The notes under the pieces were generated by a model. The model worked only from the letters and a program-made list of their open reading frames with translations, made no database searches and was not told the origin of the DNA. The translations under genes and the position numbers were made by a program. A stretch of 63,956 nt of DNA, filler included, from Hyphochytrium catenoides (taxonomy: Eukaryota > Protista > Hyphochytriomycota): the NCBI GenBank assembly GCA_900088475.1. It is 15 parts of 15 records of this genome, joined end to end, with 100 filler letters (N's around TTAATTAATTAA, not from the genome) between each part and the next. Parts side by side here need not be neighbours in the genome. Positions count along the whole stretch, not along the records: positions 37,817 to 44,359 come from FLMG01000635.1; positions 44,460 to 47,320 come from FLMG01001655.1; positions 47,421 to 52,383 come from FLMG01000230.1; 12 more parts are not named here. One strand, written 5' to 3'. Shown here piece by piece: positions 37,717 through 51,586 of this stretch. How positions within the stretch are numbered: the stretch's first letter is position 1; every line of letters starts with the position of its first letter.

Positions 37717-39677
37717 NNNNNNNNNNNNNNNNNNNNNNNNNNNNNNNNNNNNNNNNNNNNTTAATTAATTAANNNNNNNNNNNNNNNNNNNNNNNNNNNN
37801 NNNNNNNNNNNNNNNNGTTGTTGCTGTTGATGCTTCTTATTCCTCTTCTTTCTTCTCTTCTTGTCTTCCCCCTGAGAAGAAGACATATTCGGCGTTTGAG
37901 CTTCCATCTTCTTTCCCTGCTCTGACCTCCAATGTCGTTTCTGCTCTCTCTCTCTCTCCCTCTCTCTCTGTCTCTCTTTCTCTTTGTCCTCTGGCACTGA
38001 ACAAGTGGTTTGACCATAGGGGAGAGAAGAGGCCTGCAATAGGCGACGGACCTTCCTTTTCTTTCTCTCNNNNNNNNNNNNNNNNNNNNNNNNNNNNNNN
38101 CCTCTCCCCTCTTCTCTCTCTCTCTCTCCCCTCTTCCCTCTCCATCTCTCTCTCTCCTCCTCTATCTCTCTCTTACCCCTCGGTCTCTCTCTTACCCTCG
38201 CTCTCGCTCTAGTTTTCTCTTCCTTCTTTGTCTACCTTTCGGTCACCTTTGCCACCGCTCTTCTGTCAAATTTTATGTTGTTCTGTTTTCCAGCTTTCTC
38301 TCTCTCTCTCTCTCTCCACAATACTCTCTTATCTTAAAATCTTCCTCTCTCTTTGGGCTCAGTATCGAGTGCTCTGTGCAACCTACTTCCCTCTCCCCAG
38401 CCATGTCTCCCCGTTCTCTCGCCCTCCATCCTTTCTCTTCTTCTTCCTCGTTGAGTTCTTTCTTTCCTCGGGAGTTTTCTCTCTCTTTATATTCTCTCCC
38501 ACTAACTCTTCTTTTCTAGAATGCTTACGCTTATATCTCCCTGGTCTTTTTTCATATCTTTCTCTCTCTCTTGTCACCGTTTTTCGTTTCTCCCTCTCTC
38601 TCTCTCTCTCTCTGCCTCTCTCTCACCATTGCGAAGTTTCGCCCTCGATCCTCCTACGCTCTCAGGGAGAAATGCTCCCTTCTATCGGCTCATATTTCTT
38701 TCTCTGGTTTTGGTCCATCCGTTTAACGCCAGAAAAGAGAGAGACTCTTCTTTTTCCTCTCTTCTTTTCTCTCTCTCCTTGATGTTGCTGCTACTTCGTC
38801 TGAAGATTGCCGTTCTCTCTTTCTCTCTCTCTCTCTCTCTCTTCTTAGTTCTTATAAGAGGGAGGATGTATTTAAAGGGACTTGGAAGGACGAAGGAGAA
38901 AGACCCGAGAAGAGAAAAAGAAAGACCGGGAGAGACGAGTTCGGTGCTTTCTAAGAGGGGAGGCAGAATAAAGAGAGACAACATAACAAGGAGCGAGAGA
39001 AGAAGATAAAAGTTGAAGGGAGACAGAGCAGAGAAGAAAGAGGGAGAGAAGACATGAGGAGAAAAGGACAGAGAAGAAAATTGAAAGAGTGAAATAAGGG
39101 AGAAGAGAAGACACACCAGAGGGAGAGAGAGAGAGAGAGACAGAGAGAGAGAGAAAGAAAAGAGCGAGAGAGGAAAAAAAGAGAGAGGGAAAAAAACAGA
39201 GAGAGAAAAGAGAGACAGAGAGACAGGGAGCTTCTGGATAAAGGACAGAGAGAGAGAAAGAGACAGAGAGAGAAAGAGACCGAGAGAGAGAGAGGAAAAA
39301 GGCTTTTGGCAGTGCTGCTGACTGGTTGGTTCTTTGTAGAGGACAAGATGACAGACTGAGAAAAGACAGAGTGGAGATAAAGAATAGATGGGGGAGCGAG
39401 ATAAGCAGGCGGAGAAAAAAGAGAGATACAGAGTCAGTCACAGTCAGAGAGAGTGGGAGAGAGCGAGAGAGAGAAAGACAGAGAAAGAGACGGGGAACAA
39501 CGAGAGAGAGACAGAGACAGAGGAAGAAAGAGAGGGAGAGAGAGAGACACAGATAGGGAGGAAGGGACAGAGAGCTAAAGCAGAGCCGAGCACCAACGAC
39601 GAAGAAAGACAATGTGAAGGGCAGGAAAAGAGAGGAAGATGACACCCAGCACAAACAGACACACACACACGGGCACG

Positions 39678-39710
<33 letters not shown>

Positions 39711-39742
39711 GTTGACGGAGACAGAGACAGAGAGAGAAGAAG

Positions 39743-39792
<50 letters not shown>

Positions 39793-40132
39793 CACCAGGT
39801 GTTACATATCGACGCGGTTCACCAACGGCGAAATTTCTTGCTCTTCCCATCCTCCCCTCCCACTATCTTCCTATCACTCTGTCTTTCTCCTCTTAAGCCA
39901 TCATTGGCCATAAAGCTCGCTACAGAGATATCTCCTTAAAACTCTGTTTACCCCTTTTTCCAGTAGGTCTCTCCTTAGGCCCACCCGTCCTAACTACAGT
40001 TGCAGTCATCCCACCCACCCGAAGCTGGGCCTTTTGACTTACTTCCCTCATCTTGCCTTCAGGGATGGGTGGGGATAGTTAGAAGAATCAGATCACTCTC
40101 TCTCCTTGACTTTTCTCTCCATCTTCAACTTG

Positions 40133-40182
<50 letters not shown>

Positions 40183-40874
40183 ACTCACTCACTCTCTCTC
40201 TCTCTCTCTCTCTGTTTCTCACACTCACTCTCACTCTCTCTGTGCCTCCCCTCTCTCCCTCAAGTAGATCACCCAGCTCCTCCCTTTCTCCGGTTCTTTC
40301 TCTGACCACTTTCTTTATTTGCTTCCTCCCAATATCTTTTATCTACTCTCTCTCTCTCACTTCTCTCTCTCTCTCTCCTTCTCTGTCTCTCTCACTGCTC
40401 TCTCTCTCCCCTCTCACTCTCCGATGTTGATAGTAGACATCCACTCTATTTCGGAAATATGGCTGATTATTCTCTCTCTCTCTCTCTCTCTTTCTTTCTC
40501 TTTTTTTTCTCTCTCTTCTTTCTCTGTCTTGCAACGCCAAGTCTTTCCTTCTCTCTCTGCGTCTATGTTAAAGGCACTTGAAGATCCGTTACACTTCTGC
40601 GCGCAAATGCCGCTTCTTTTTCTTCTCCTTCCCTCTCTCTCCTCTCTCTCTCTCTCTCTTCTCTTCTCGTCCCATTCCTCGTCTTGACCAGACCTCTTCT
40701 CTTTCTCGCTCTCCTCTCATCATCTTCAGTAAGGAATTTCCTGCAGGCGCACACAGACCGCTTCTCCATTTGGAGAGAGAATCGAAGAGAGAACATAAGG
40801 AGAGACTACGATTTCTATTAATAGAGAAATACAAGGGAAACAGAGAGAGAGAGAGAGAGAGAGAAAAGTCAATT

Positions 40875-41477
40875 ATGATGCCAATGGCATCTCTCTCTCC
40901 CTCTTCTTCCGCTTTCTCCTCCATTTCCGGAGAGAGTCGAGTCGTCCCTACTACCACATCTTCTTCTCGTGCCTCTTTCTCTTCTCGGGGGGAGGGAGAG
41001 AAACAAGAAGAGACAATGAGAGAGAGATTCGTCTCTCTCTTTTCCAAGTATGAGCCAGAGCGTCTCTCCCAGCTTGAGGAGATTCTGGAAGTAGCAAAAG
41101 GAAGAGAAGAGATTGTTCTCTTGGCTGCCCAGTGTCTCTACGAGGAAGAGTCTCTCCCTGGGGCGAGAGAGAGACACGGAAAGAAACATGTTCGAGGAGG
41201 ATCTTTTCTCTCCTCTTCCCCCTCTGGCTTTCCTTCGTCTTTCTTCTTTTTTGTCAAGAGGAAGCGTCTCCCTCTCTTTTTCATCATTTTCCTCTCTCTC
41301 CTTCTAGTCTCTCTCTCTTCTCTCCTCCTCTCATTCGAGGACTCTCCTCTCTCTTCTTCCCTTCCGATGGTGGAGCAGCCCTCTCTCCTGGGAGAGACAC
41401 CAGAGGATCCCTGGGCTGATGACTCTCTCTCTTTCGTGCAGAATTTGTGGGATAAAGTATGGGGACCTCTTTCTCTC

Positions 41478-41529
<52 letters not shown>

Positions 41530-42291
41530 GGTGTCCCTTCTTCTGCCATTAAAGTGATGATATTCGTTCTGTCCACAACCTTTTCTATCTCTTATTTCTC
41601 TCCTTGCGTTTCTCTTCTTTTTCTTCACCTTTTGATTCTCTCTTCATCTCTCCCTCTCTCTCTCTCTCCCTCTCTCTCGTTCTCGCTCTCTCTCTCCCAA
41701 TTCTCTCTCTCGCTTTCTCTTTTTTCGTTGTTCTCTCTCTCCCACTTCTCTCTCTCCCTCTCGTTTTTTCGCTCTCTCTCTCCCAAAAATTTATGTCTTA
41801 CTCTGCCCTTTCTCTCCATTTTTTCTCTCTCTTCTTCAGTGGAAGAGCTTTACAGGGCAAACCCATTCGGTACGTCAGGGAGAGTGAACTGCGAGGGAGG
41901 GAGGGACAGAACGAGAGAGAGAGAGAAAGAGAAAGGGAAAGAGAAAGAGAGGGAAGAATAGAGAGAAAGGGAAAGGAAAAAGAGGGACGAACAGAGACAG
42001 AGAAAAAAGGAGAGAGATAAAAGAGAGCGCCCGAGAGAGAGAGAGAGACAGACAGAACTAGGAGACAAAGAGAGAGACAGAGATAAAAAAGAGCGCTAGA
42101 GAGAGAGAGAGAGGGAGAGAGAGAGGACTGGGAGACAAAGAAAGAGAGAGAGAGAGGGAGAGAAAAAGAGAGAGGCAGTCAGGCTGATATAAGTCATTCT
42201 CTTATACTCTCTCTTTTCTCGTCTTTAGATGACAGATGCCGAAGTCTTTGCTCCAACCGACGAAGAGACATCTCTGGAGAGGTAAGAGAGA

Positions 42292-42375
<84 letters not shown>

Positions 42376-42711
42376 ACGCGAGAGAGACACACGCCAGGAA
42401 TGAAAAAGAGAGGAGAGAGAGACAGATAGGTAGACAGAGAGGACGAGGTGGCGAGGAGAGACAGGTGTGAAGAAGAGAGATGAACATCACTTTTCTCTCT
42501 CTTTCTTCTGCTTCTTGCAGTCAAATAATTAAAGAACTGAGAGCTCAGCTGGCAGCCGAGCAGGAAAGAGGAAGAGAGAGGGAGAAACAATGGGAGAAGC
42601 TCTTTCGAGAGAGAGAAAGAAGGGGTCAAGCTCTCCTCCTTGAACGCGATCTCTATGTCGGTAAATACAAGGTATCGTCTCCTTTCTCTCCTCTCCCTCT
42701 CCCTTTCCCTC

Positions 42712-42744
<33 letters not shown>

Positions 42745-43433
42745 CTTTTATCCTCTTCCTCTCTCTCTCTTTCTCTCTCTCCTTTCTTCCTCTCTCTCCT
42801 CTCTCTGTTGTCTCTTGTCTTGTTTTGCTTATGAATCTCTAGGTTTGATCGTTAATTCCTCTTTCTTCGGTTCTCTCTCTCTCTCTCCACCTCTCCGTTC
42901 TTTTGATACTATTCTATGCTCTCTCTCTCTCTCTCTTTCTNNNNNNNNNNNNNNNNNNNNNNNNNNNNNNNNNNNNNNNNNNNNNNNNNNNNNNNNNNNN
43001 NNNNNNNNNNNNNNNNNNNNNNNNNNNNNNNNNNNNNNNNNNNNNNNNNNNNNNNNNNNNNNNNNNNNNNNNNNNNNNNNNNNNNNNNNGGCGGCTCTGC
43101 AGCTTCAAAGGCTCACAGCCATGGCAGAAGCCCAGGAGAAACAGCTCGTCAATGTAGATCATCTCTCTCTCTTTTTTCTCTCTCTTGCCGCCTCTCTCTT
43201 ACTTTCTGTCTTTCTCTGCACCTAGCTCTCTCTCTACATATATATGTCTCTCTCTCTCTCTCCTTCTCGCTTTCTTTCTCCCTTTATTCTCTCTCTCTCG
43301 CTCTCTGAGTGGCTCCATCCTTGGCTTGGGTGTCTCTTCTCCACTTTTCTTTTCTCTCCGCCACCTCTCTTCCTCTCTCTTTCTTCCTTTCTTTTTTGCC
43401 CAGACTGGCTCCTGTGTCTCTTCCTATCTCCCT

Positions 43434-43479
<46 letters not shown>

Positions 43480-44105
43480 TCTCTCCCTCTCTCTCGCATT
43501 CTCTCATTCTCTCTTTCATGTACCATCATTATTAGGAGGAAGAGAACACCAGCGGTCTTCTTCAGGGTCTAGGGCAGGAGGTGAGATGATTGAAGAATGA
43601 AGACGGACAACTCTCTCGCTCTCTCTCTCTCTCTCTCTNNNNNNNNNNNNNNNNNNNNNNNNNNNNNNNNNNCTTCCTCTCTCTCTCTCTCTCTCTCTCC
43701 CCCCTAATGATCTGTCTCTTTCTCTTGGATCAGGTTGTAGGTCTGGAAGAGGGAACAAGCACAAAAGAGAAGAAAGGAGAAGAAGAAGAAGCGCAACCAC
43801 ATCTCCCTGACGACAGCCAAGACCAAGGACTGAACGTATTGTTCTCTCTCTCTCTCTCTTTCTCTCTTTCTTTCTCTCTCTCTCTCTCCTCTTTCTCTCT
43901 CTTTTTTATCACCTTTTTCTCTCCCCAATTCTGTCCCTCGTTCTCGCTCTTTCTTCTATCTCTTTCTACGTCTGTCTTCACCGATATATATCTTTCTCTC
44001 CCTCGCTAGCTCTGCCTATAAACTTCTTCTCTCTCTCTCTCTCTTCTCATTTTCATGTCTTAATCTTCTCTCTTACAGTTCTGTCCGACTCTTCTTCCCC
44101 TCTCT

Positions 44106-44143
<38 letters not shown>

Positions 44144-44309
44144 TTACCTCCCCGCCATTCCTCTCTCTCTCTCTCTCTCTCTTTCTCCCTCCTTCTCTTT
44201 CATTCAGCAGGGAGCGTTGGCAGTTGAAAGCAATGAGAGAGAAATGACAAAGAAAGAAACAGAGAAAAGGCAGGAATCTGTAGAACCAACAAATTCTGAA
44301 ATAGACCAC
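40875..44309 (+). CDS. Multi-exon membrane-anchored coiled-coil hypothetical protein (3' partial)
   Basis: Exon 1 has RERFVSLFSKYEPERLSQLEEILEVAKGREEIVL and the TM segment LPLFFIIFLSLLLVSLSSLLLSF. Phase-compatible exons follow: WKSFTGQTHS, MTDAEVFAPTDEETSLE, SQIIKELRAQL..GKYK, AALQLQRL.., EEENTSGLLQGLGQE, VVGLEEG..GLN, QGALAVES..IDH. Confidence 0.65.
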
Positions 44310-44939
44310 GTAAGAACCCAGTCATGTCTCTCTTCCTCTCTCTCTCTCTCCCTCTCTCTNNNNNNNNNNNNNNNNNNNNNNNNNNNNNNNNNNNNNNNNN
44401 NNNTTAATTAATTAANNNNNNNNNNNNNNNNNNNNNNNNNNNNNNNNNNNNNNNNNNNNGAGAGAGAGAGAGAGAACAAAATGTAGAGAGAAAGCAATAG
44501 GAAAAGAGGTGAAAAGTCCAGTTACAGTACAAACTTCTATTTCTATAACTCTCGAAAGTCAGAGAGCAGAAGAGGGCCATTGTCTTTCCTGTCGCTTTCG
44601 TCTTATTATCTTCTCTTTCTCTACACTCATCACTCTCCTCTTCTTCTCTCTCCACTCGCGCACGGTACCTCCTCTATCTATCTCTCACTACTCTCTTGGT
44701 CGTGTGGTATCCTCTACAACGCACTCGTCGTCCTATCGATAGATATTCACCTCTTCCTCTCTTCCTCTCTTCTCTTCCCCTCTTCTGATCATCATCACGA
44801 ACAATCCTCCTTCTTCACTTGTCGGTCTTCCCAACCCAAAGCACGTCGTCCAAGCTCTTTCAAGAAGCGGGACCAAAGCAACGTACCAATAACAAGGAAG
44901 GTAAAGAACGCGAGGGAGCGATCACAACGCGAAGGAAAG

Positions 44940-45453
44940 ATGCACTCTCTCTCCCTTGTAAAGTCAATCCTGGCATCATCCGCCCTCTTGCTGCCTGCTC
45001 GTGCAGACGGTGGCAAGCAGTGAAGAGACCAAACCCTCGCTGAGGCAGCTCGCACAACGCCCTACGGGCTATGTCACTTTCTACTCCAACAGCGCCTACT
45101 GACCGGATCCCGGCACACAGGTGCCAATCAAAGGGCTCGGGCAGTGCGTGGACCTGTATGATGAGGGCTTCAGAGATCTGTTAGGAACGATCAGCTCCGC
45201 CACGTGGAACATCGATGGCGTCACAGCAAACGACTACATCCACTTCTATACTCGGGCCGATTGTCAAAAGAACGAAGAAACTGGATATAAAGACAGGACA
45301 TGGAAGGCATGGAACATCAAAGAGAGAGATTTCCCATACGATTTCGACCACGATCATACCTCGGGCTATTATCTAGGAGGTTCATCCGGACCAAAATTGA
45401 ACGACAAGATCCGCTCGTTTAGAGTTGGTCCTAAAGACAAAGATTGGCAGTAG
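44940..45453 (+). pseudogene. Secreted beta/gamma-crystallin-like small protein, disrupted
   Basis: Signal-like MHSLSLVKSILASSALLL, frameshift at ~44994, LLVQTVASSEETKPSLRQLAQRPTGYVTFYSNSAY, TGA 45100-45102, then QCVDL..ISSATW..IHFYTRADC..LNDKIRSFRV (two Greek-key-like VTFY...[N/D]..SS/SF repeats). Confidence 0.6.
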
Positions 45454-47420
45454 AGACTCGCTCGACAGTTCAACATATTTAAAGGGAGAGATGGCACGCC
45501 GCCGTCTGCGATAGTCTGTAAGATGGAGACGATGGATGGGAGTAATAACAGAGAATCGATTGCGCTTCTGTTGAGACATTCTCTCCCTTCGATACTGAGT
45601 CCTCCTTGAGATAGACGAGCTCTATCCTCTTCAGGTGAGATACTTAGACGAAGTAGGCTTCTCAGGGTGTTAGCAGGAGTAAGAGACGAGGAAGGCAGAT
45701 CAGAGTCCATTAGTGGTGGCTACGAAGCCCTCTCCTAGTAGCGCCCTTCGCACCGGCTCTCCTCTTCTCTCCTCCGCGCCTCTTGGCTGCATGGACTTCC
45801 ATCTTAACTATTAAACAAGTCAGTCAATGAAGTTCGTGTTAGACACAAAGTGACCTGACGCCTGGCCAGCTGAAGTGAAGACAGAGCTTCTCAACACGCA
45901 GCGCCTCACTTGCTTATATTACACCTTGGTTCCCGACTATCACATAGGCAGCAAGCCGTGAGGGCCGCGGGCCCGCTGGTGGACCATGAGCACCTCACTC
46001 TTGTTCTGCGCGCCTTTCCACGCACGCTCATTAGCGATGTGAGAGCTAATCTTCACGGCTGCCTTCCGCTGCTTATTGTTCTTTCAACTTCACTCGATGT
46101 TGGGAATTAATCATTTGTTGATCTCAGACAGCTCATCATGGAGTAGTAGTGATGCAGACGTCGTGCATTCGCGGTTAGAGTGAATGACTTCTTAGCAGAT
46201 GTTTACCAGGAAGAGCAGAGCGTGCTCTAGAACCTCTGAAAGCAAGGATGAGCAATAGAAAGCTTCACCCCATGATGAAGATTGTATCCTTGGGCCAATG
46301 ACACTCTTTGTCTCTTCTGTTACCTGATGACAGGAGCGGGCTCGCTTCACCCCTCTTCCATGCGTTGTCTCCAGTTCAAAATTCTCATCATCACGTCAAT
46401 CAGTAGATTGCTTTTGACCGCATTGTGCACGAGGTAAGGAAAAGATATATCTAAACAGTAATCTGCTGACTGATATCCAATCTTGCTCCATCATGCGTGA
46501 AGCTTCCTCTACGTGTAAGGGAGGAAAAGGTGAAGGAGGGCCACCGACAAGCAATCGATGAAGCGGTGAGAGAGATGGAAGAGAGGCAGAGACAGAGAGG
46601 CAGAAAGACAGAGAGAGAGTGAGAAGGGGGGTGAGAGTGAGAGAGACAGAGAGAGTTGGGGCGAGAGAGAGAGGGAAAGAGAGAGACAGGGAGAGAGACA
46701 GAGAGAGAGAGACAGGGAGAGAGACAGAGAGAGAGAGCGAGAGAGAGAGAGGGAGAGCGAGAGAGAGAGAGAGAGAGAGAGAGGCAGAGACCGAGACAGA
46801 GAGAGAGAGAGAGCCAGAGGGAGAGAGAGACAGAAAGAGAGAAGAGAGAGAGAAGCAGAAAGAGAGAAGAGAGAGCACACAAGCAGACGAAAGACAGGTG
46901 TGTACAAAGTGAGAGGAAGTGAGAATTCAGAGAAGAGCGACAAAGATACAGCAGAACAGAGATACGGAACGATGGAACCACAAAAAGAAGAGCGAAAGCG
47001 AAAGGGAAATGATTCACTCCTGCCTTTAAGTTCTCCTAGTAAACGCCACTCCTGGGAAAGCACTTCTAAAGATGAAGAGAAGGTGCGTAGGCAGATCAAC
47101 TGGCTGCTGTTTGCCGGCCCTGTATGGCTGTCATTGTCTGGCCTTCAGCTCTTCTTTTACCCGGTCCCAAGAGTGTCCCAAGTGAGCTGCCGCCACACGC
47201 CGACTTGATCTTAGTCAGAGCGCCTTCCTTCCAACCCGCAATAGAAAGAGCGGCAGAGAGCAGGGTTCTAGGAGGCCTACTAACCCGCCCTCCCGCATCA
47301 TCTGTCACTACTGCAACAAANNNNNNNNNNNNNNNNNNNNNNNNNNNNNNNNNNNNNNNNNNNNTTAATTAATTAANNNNNNNNNNNNNNNNNNNNNNNN
47401 NNNNNNNNNNNNNNNNNNNN

Positions 47421-47831
47421 AGCGGTCAAGGATCTGTTTTCGTTTGTCTAGGGCTGAGGCGGGAGGAGAGACGTCTGGAGAGAGAGAAGAGTCTCCTGTC
47501 TCTTCTTCTCTCTCTTCGTCTTTATCTTCTGACTCGACCGACCTCTCTGTCTCTTCTATGCTGTCCCAACGTTCTGCTCCATTGTCTAGTGTGAGAGAAG
47601 GAACGAGAGTTAAATATGAAGCCAAGAGAGAGAGAGAGAGAGAAGAGAGAGAAAGAGAGAGACAGAGAGAAAAGTGGAGGATAGAGAGACTCCGCTGCAC
47701 CACCCAGGGAACAATAGAGCAAATTTCCTAAGCCATTTAACGGTAAAACATCAAAGAGGAGGAGAAGAGAAAGAGAGTCCTTGGCTAGCACAAGAAGACA
47801 AGAGCAGATATGTGTGTGAGGGAGAGACAGT

Positions 47832-47891
<60 letters not shown>

Positions 47892-50065
47892 GAGAGAGAA
47901 AGAGAGGAGAGAGATAAGGCAGGGGTGGGGAAGAGAGAAAGCCAAGGTCACCTATTCCCTTATTCTTCGTCTGAAAATAGAGATTCTCGACATTGCTAAG
48001 AATGCTATTGATGCGGTTCAAGTTTCTCCCTGAAGTTTGCTTGACGTCCTCAAAGCTGACTCTGTTCGAGAGAGAAAAGAGAAAACGAGAGAAAGAGACT
48101 GTAAGAAAGTTGCCCATCTTCCCATGTTTCTCTTCTTCTCTTGTTTCTCCCTCGTTCTGGGATTTGATGCCCTCTCCCTGAACCTCTCTTGGTCACTTTC
48201 TCCAGGCAAGAATGGCAACTATTTAAGCATCGCCTCTTTCTCTTCCTCTTCTCTTGCTCTTGGTTCTCTCTTGGTTCGATTTCTCTGCTTTTTCTTATGT
48301 ACACTAAGGTTCCTCTCTCTCTCTCTCTCTTTCCCTCTCCTTCTCCTCTCTCCTCCCCTCTCTCTCTCTCTTTTGAAAGAGTGTGAAGAGTTCCCGCTAC
48401 TTTCTTTGACACTCTTCTTCCTCTTCCCTCTCTTCCTCTAAGTTCCTCTATCTTTCTCTTTTCCATTTCTTTATCTCTCCTTTTACATGTTATCTCTCTC
48501 TGTCTCTCCCTCTCTTCTCACCTGGATTGGCTGAGAATGTCTATGGATGACTGTTTCCTTCTAAATTCTATCGCCCGAGGATCTAATTGTTTCTTCTCGG
48601 TCTCTCCCTCGCTGAGGAGAGAGAGAGAGAGAGAGAGAGAGAATAACAAGAGAGAGAGAAACAAGAGAGAGAGAGAGAGCAGGGGAGAAGGGTGACGGCA
48701 AGTGTTAGGAAGGACTTTCCAAATGGCGGGGGCCGAGGGCATGAGAATAAGAAAGAGACAGAAAGAGAAAGGAGCGAGAAGAGAGATGACAGAGAGCAGA
48801 AAGAGACATTGACAGTCCCGAACACTAAAGACTGAGGGAAATAGAGAAAGACAAAATATTGTGGAAATAGTAGACCGACAAGGTGACAAGACCGAATAAT
48901 ATGGGCTTCCAAGAGGGCAAGGGCCGATGACGAGAGGAGGGAAAGGGAGAGAGAGAGAGAGAGACAGAGAGACAGAGAGAGAGAGGAGAGAAGAAGCAGA
49001 TAGGACAGTCTTCTCTCCTACCTGGGCTGACTGGAGAGCACGGGGACAGTGGCTGGACGGACCAACTCGGCTAATCTCCCTCTAGGAGTGCGGCACTCCT
49101 TCTACAGACGGAAGGGAAGAGAGGAAAGAAAGAACATGAGCAAGATAATGAAGAGAGAGACACGAAAGGAATAGCAAAAGAAGGTAAAAAGAGAGAACAA
49201 GAGAGAGAGAAGAAGAGTGGGCAACGAAACTAGGATGGGTCGAATAGGAGCGCTAAGAGGGATCTCAGAACCAGAGTAATGTTTAGAAATGAAGAAGATG
49301 GGAAGTGAGAGAGAGAGAGAGAGAGCAAGAGATATATAGGGGCAGAGAGAGAGAGAGAGAGAGAGAGAGCAAACAGGACTCGGAGACGATAGAGACACCG
49401 ATCCCAAGATAATCTTCTTTGAGAAGCGACAAAGAAGGAGAAAGAGATTACCAGGCAGCAGAAGAGAAGGGGCAAAGCGAGTGGAAATGGCATAGAAAAG
49501 GATAAAAAGAAGAGGGAGAGAGAGAAATCCAAGAAGAAGAGAGAGACCATAAGTCGCACCTTTGGAGACGGAGAGGCTGCCCTCTCCCCCAGTTTCTGGA
49601 TTAGAAAGTCCGAAGGAGAGAAATCAATCTCGTTGCTTCCTCTCCCGCCCAAGAGATACTTCTTCTTTCTCAGACTATCTAAGTTTCCATACTGAAGGTT
49701 GATCGCTTGCCTCTTTTTGGGAGAGAGAGGGTCCTCTCCCTCTTCAGCTTCTTTCTCTTTTCTTACTGAAGATTGGGTGATGGCCGAGAGCTATAGCAAG
49801 CAAGTGGGAGTGTGAGAGGAGAGAGCACGGAGAACAGAGAAAGAGAGGGAGACAGATTTGGGGGGGGAGGGGAGAGAGAGAGAGAGAGAGAGAGAATTGA
49901 GGGGAAGGGGGATGACAGGGAGAGAGAGAAACGCCTTATTTCTCACCTCTACTTCTCCTGAGCAGCTGATCCCGCCCAGCTGCTCTGACAGCTTTTGCTG
50001 TGTAGGAGGCACTTGTGGCTTCAGCTGCTGAAGGAGTGCCTTCCTCCTTTTAGAGAGAAAGAGAA

Positions 50066-50109
<44 letters not shown>

Positions 50110-50554
50110 TAGGGAGGGGACACGTTTGAGAAAAGAGAGGAAATAGATCAATTCATATTTGATCTTAACGGAGTGGAGAAGGGAGAAAGAGTAGAAGTAC
50201 TGAAGAGGTAAACAGGAACTAAGAAGAGGGATACCAAAGGAAGATAGCAATAAAAGAGAACAAGGAAAGAGTACAAGGGAGGAGAGTGCGAGAGAGAAGA
50301 GGAAGAAGGGAGGAGGAAAGAGAAATCAATGGCAAAAGAGAAGGAGAGAGGACTGGAGAGAGGAAGATGGAGAGGAGAGAAAAGGAAGGGGAGAGACTGA
50401 CTCTTCGATATGCTGAACATCCTTCTTCTCTTCTTGCACTCGCGGAGGCGCCTCCACGATGGAAAAGCCTGAGATACGGCGGCTAGAACAATGAAGGTTA
50501 TGACACGATGGGAGAGGAGAGGATTTTATAGCACCAAGTTGGAAGAGCCAATAC

Positions 50555-50602
<48 letters not shown>

Positions 50603-51549
50603 GAGAGAAACAGAGAAATAGAGGACAAGGGATGCAGTCCGACACCGGAAATGCTCTCTGCGGTGCTTTACTCTCTCTCTCAATCGCATGTGCCTTAACA
50701 TCTTTCTTTGCGAATGTCTTCCTCTGGTCTACTGTTACCTTATTTTCTTTCTCTCTCTCTCTCTCTCGTTCTCTCTCTCTTTCTCTCCTTCTCTTTGCGC
50801 CAGGTTTCTACTCTTTCCTTACCCATTGCTGGTTTGACTGGCCCCAGATCGCAAGCTTATGGCTGGTGATGGCTCACTTTCTCGTGCAACTGTTGGACTT
50901 TCTCTCTCTCGCGTAGGACTCGAATACTCTCTCTCTCTCTCTGGTGAGGTCTCTCCTATCTTTTCCAATATAAGCCCCTTTCCTCCCTGGAGAAGACCCT
51001 CTGCCGGCCCACTAGGGCAAGATTGTCGCCTTTTCGCTGTTCTTTCTCTCTCTTCTTTCTCTCCTTTCTCTCTCGTCTGTGTCAAGTCAATGGGTTTTCC
51101 TAAGAGAACTCCCGCTGTGCTTCTTCTTCTCTCAGACGGAGCAAGAGCTTTTAAGGAGGCGGCGAGAGAGAGAAGTTTGTCTCCAACGTCTTGCGGTTGG
51201 TTCTCTTCCATCGTTGATCTTCTCTCTCTCTCTTCGGAAGAAGTAAATATAGAGAGAGGAGACGGAAGAGAGACGTCTGGCTTCTCAAGGGACTTATTTC
51301 CGCTGGGGGATGGATCGCCAGGCTGAGAGATGGTAGCCGGAGCCAGTGATAAGGGGAGAAAAGGGAAGAAAAAGAGAGAAAGAAAGAGAGAGAGAGAGAG
51401 AGAGAGTACAAAGAGATGAGGGCAATAAGAAAAGATCACGACGATTGTACCCACAGAAGAAAGGGTTACTAGATCTAGAATGCTTCTGAACGAATGACAC
51501 AAATGAGAGGATAGACCCAGGAGAAAAGAGGAGATCCTGGACGAGAGAG

Positions 51550-51586
<37 letters not shown>

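Noticed and set aside
47968-47990. ENLYFQT resembling a TEV protease site (vector contamination)
   Set aside because: It sits within a native-looking exon with no tag or vector context, so it is coincidental.
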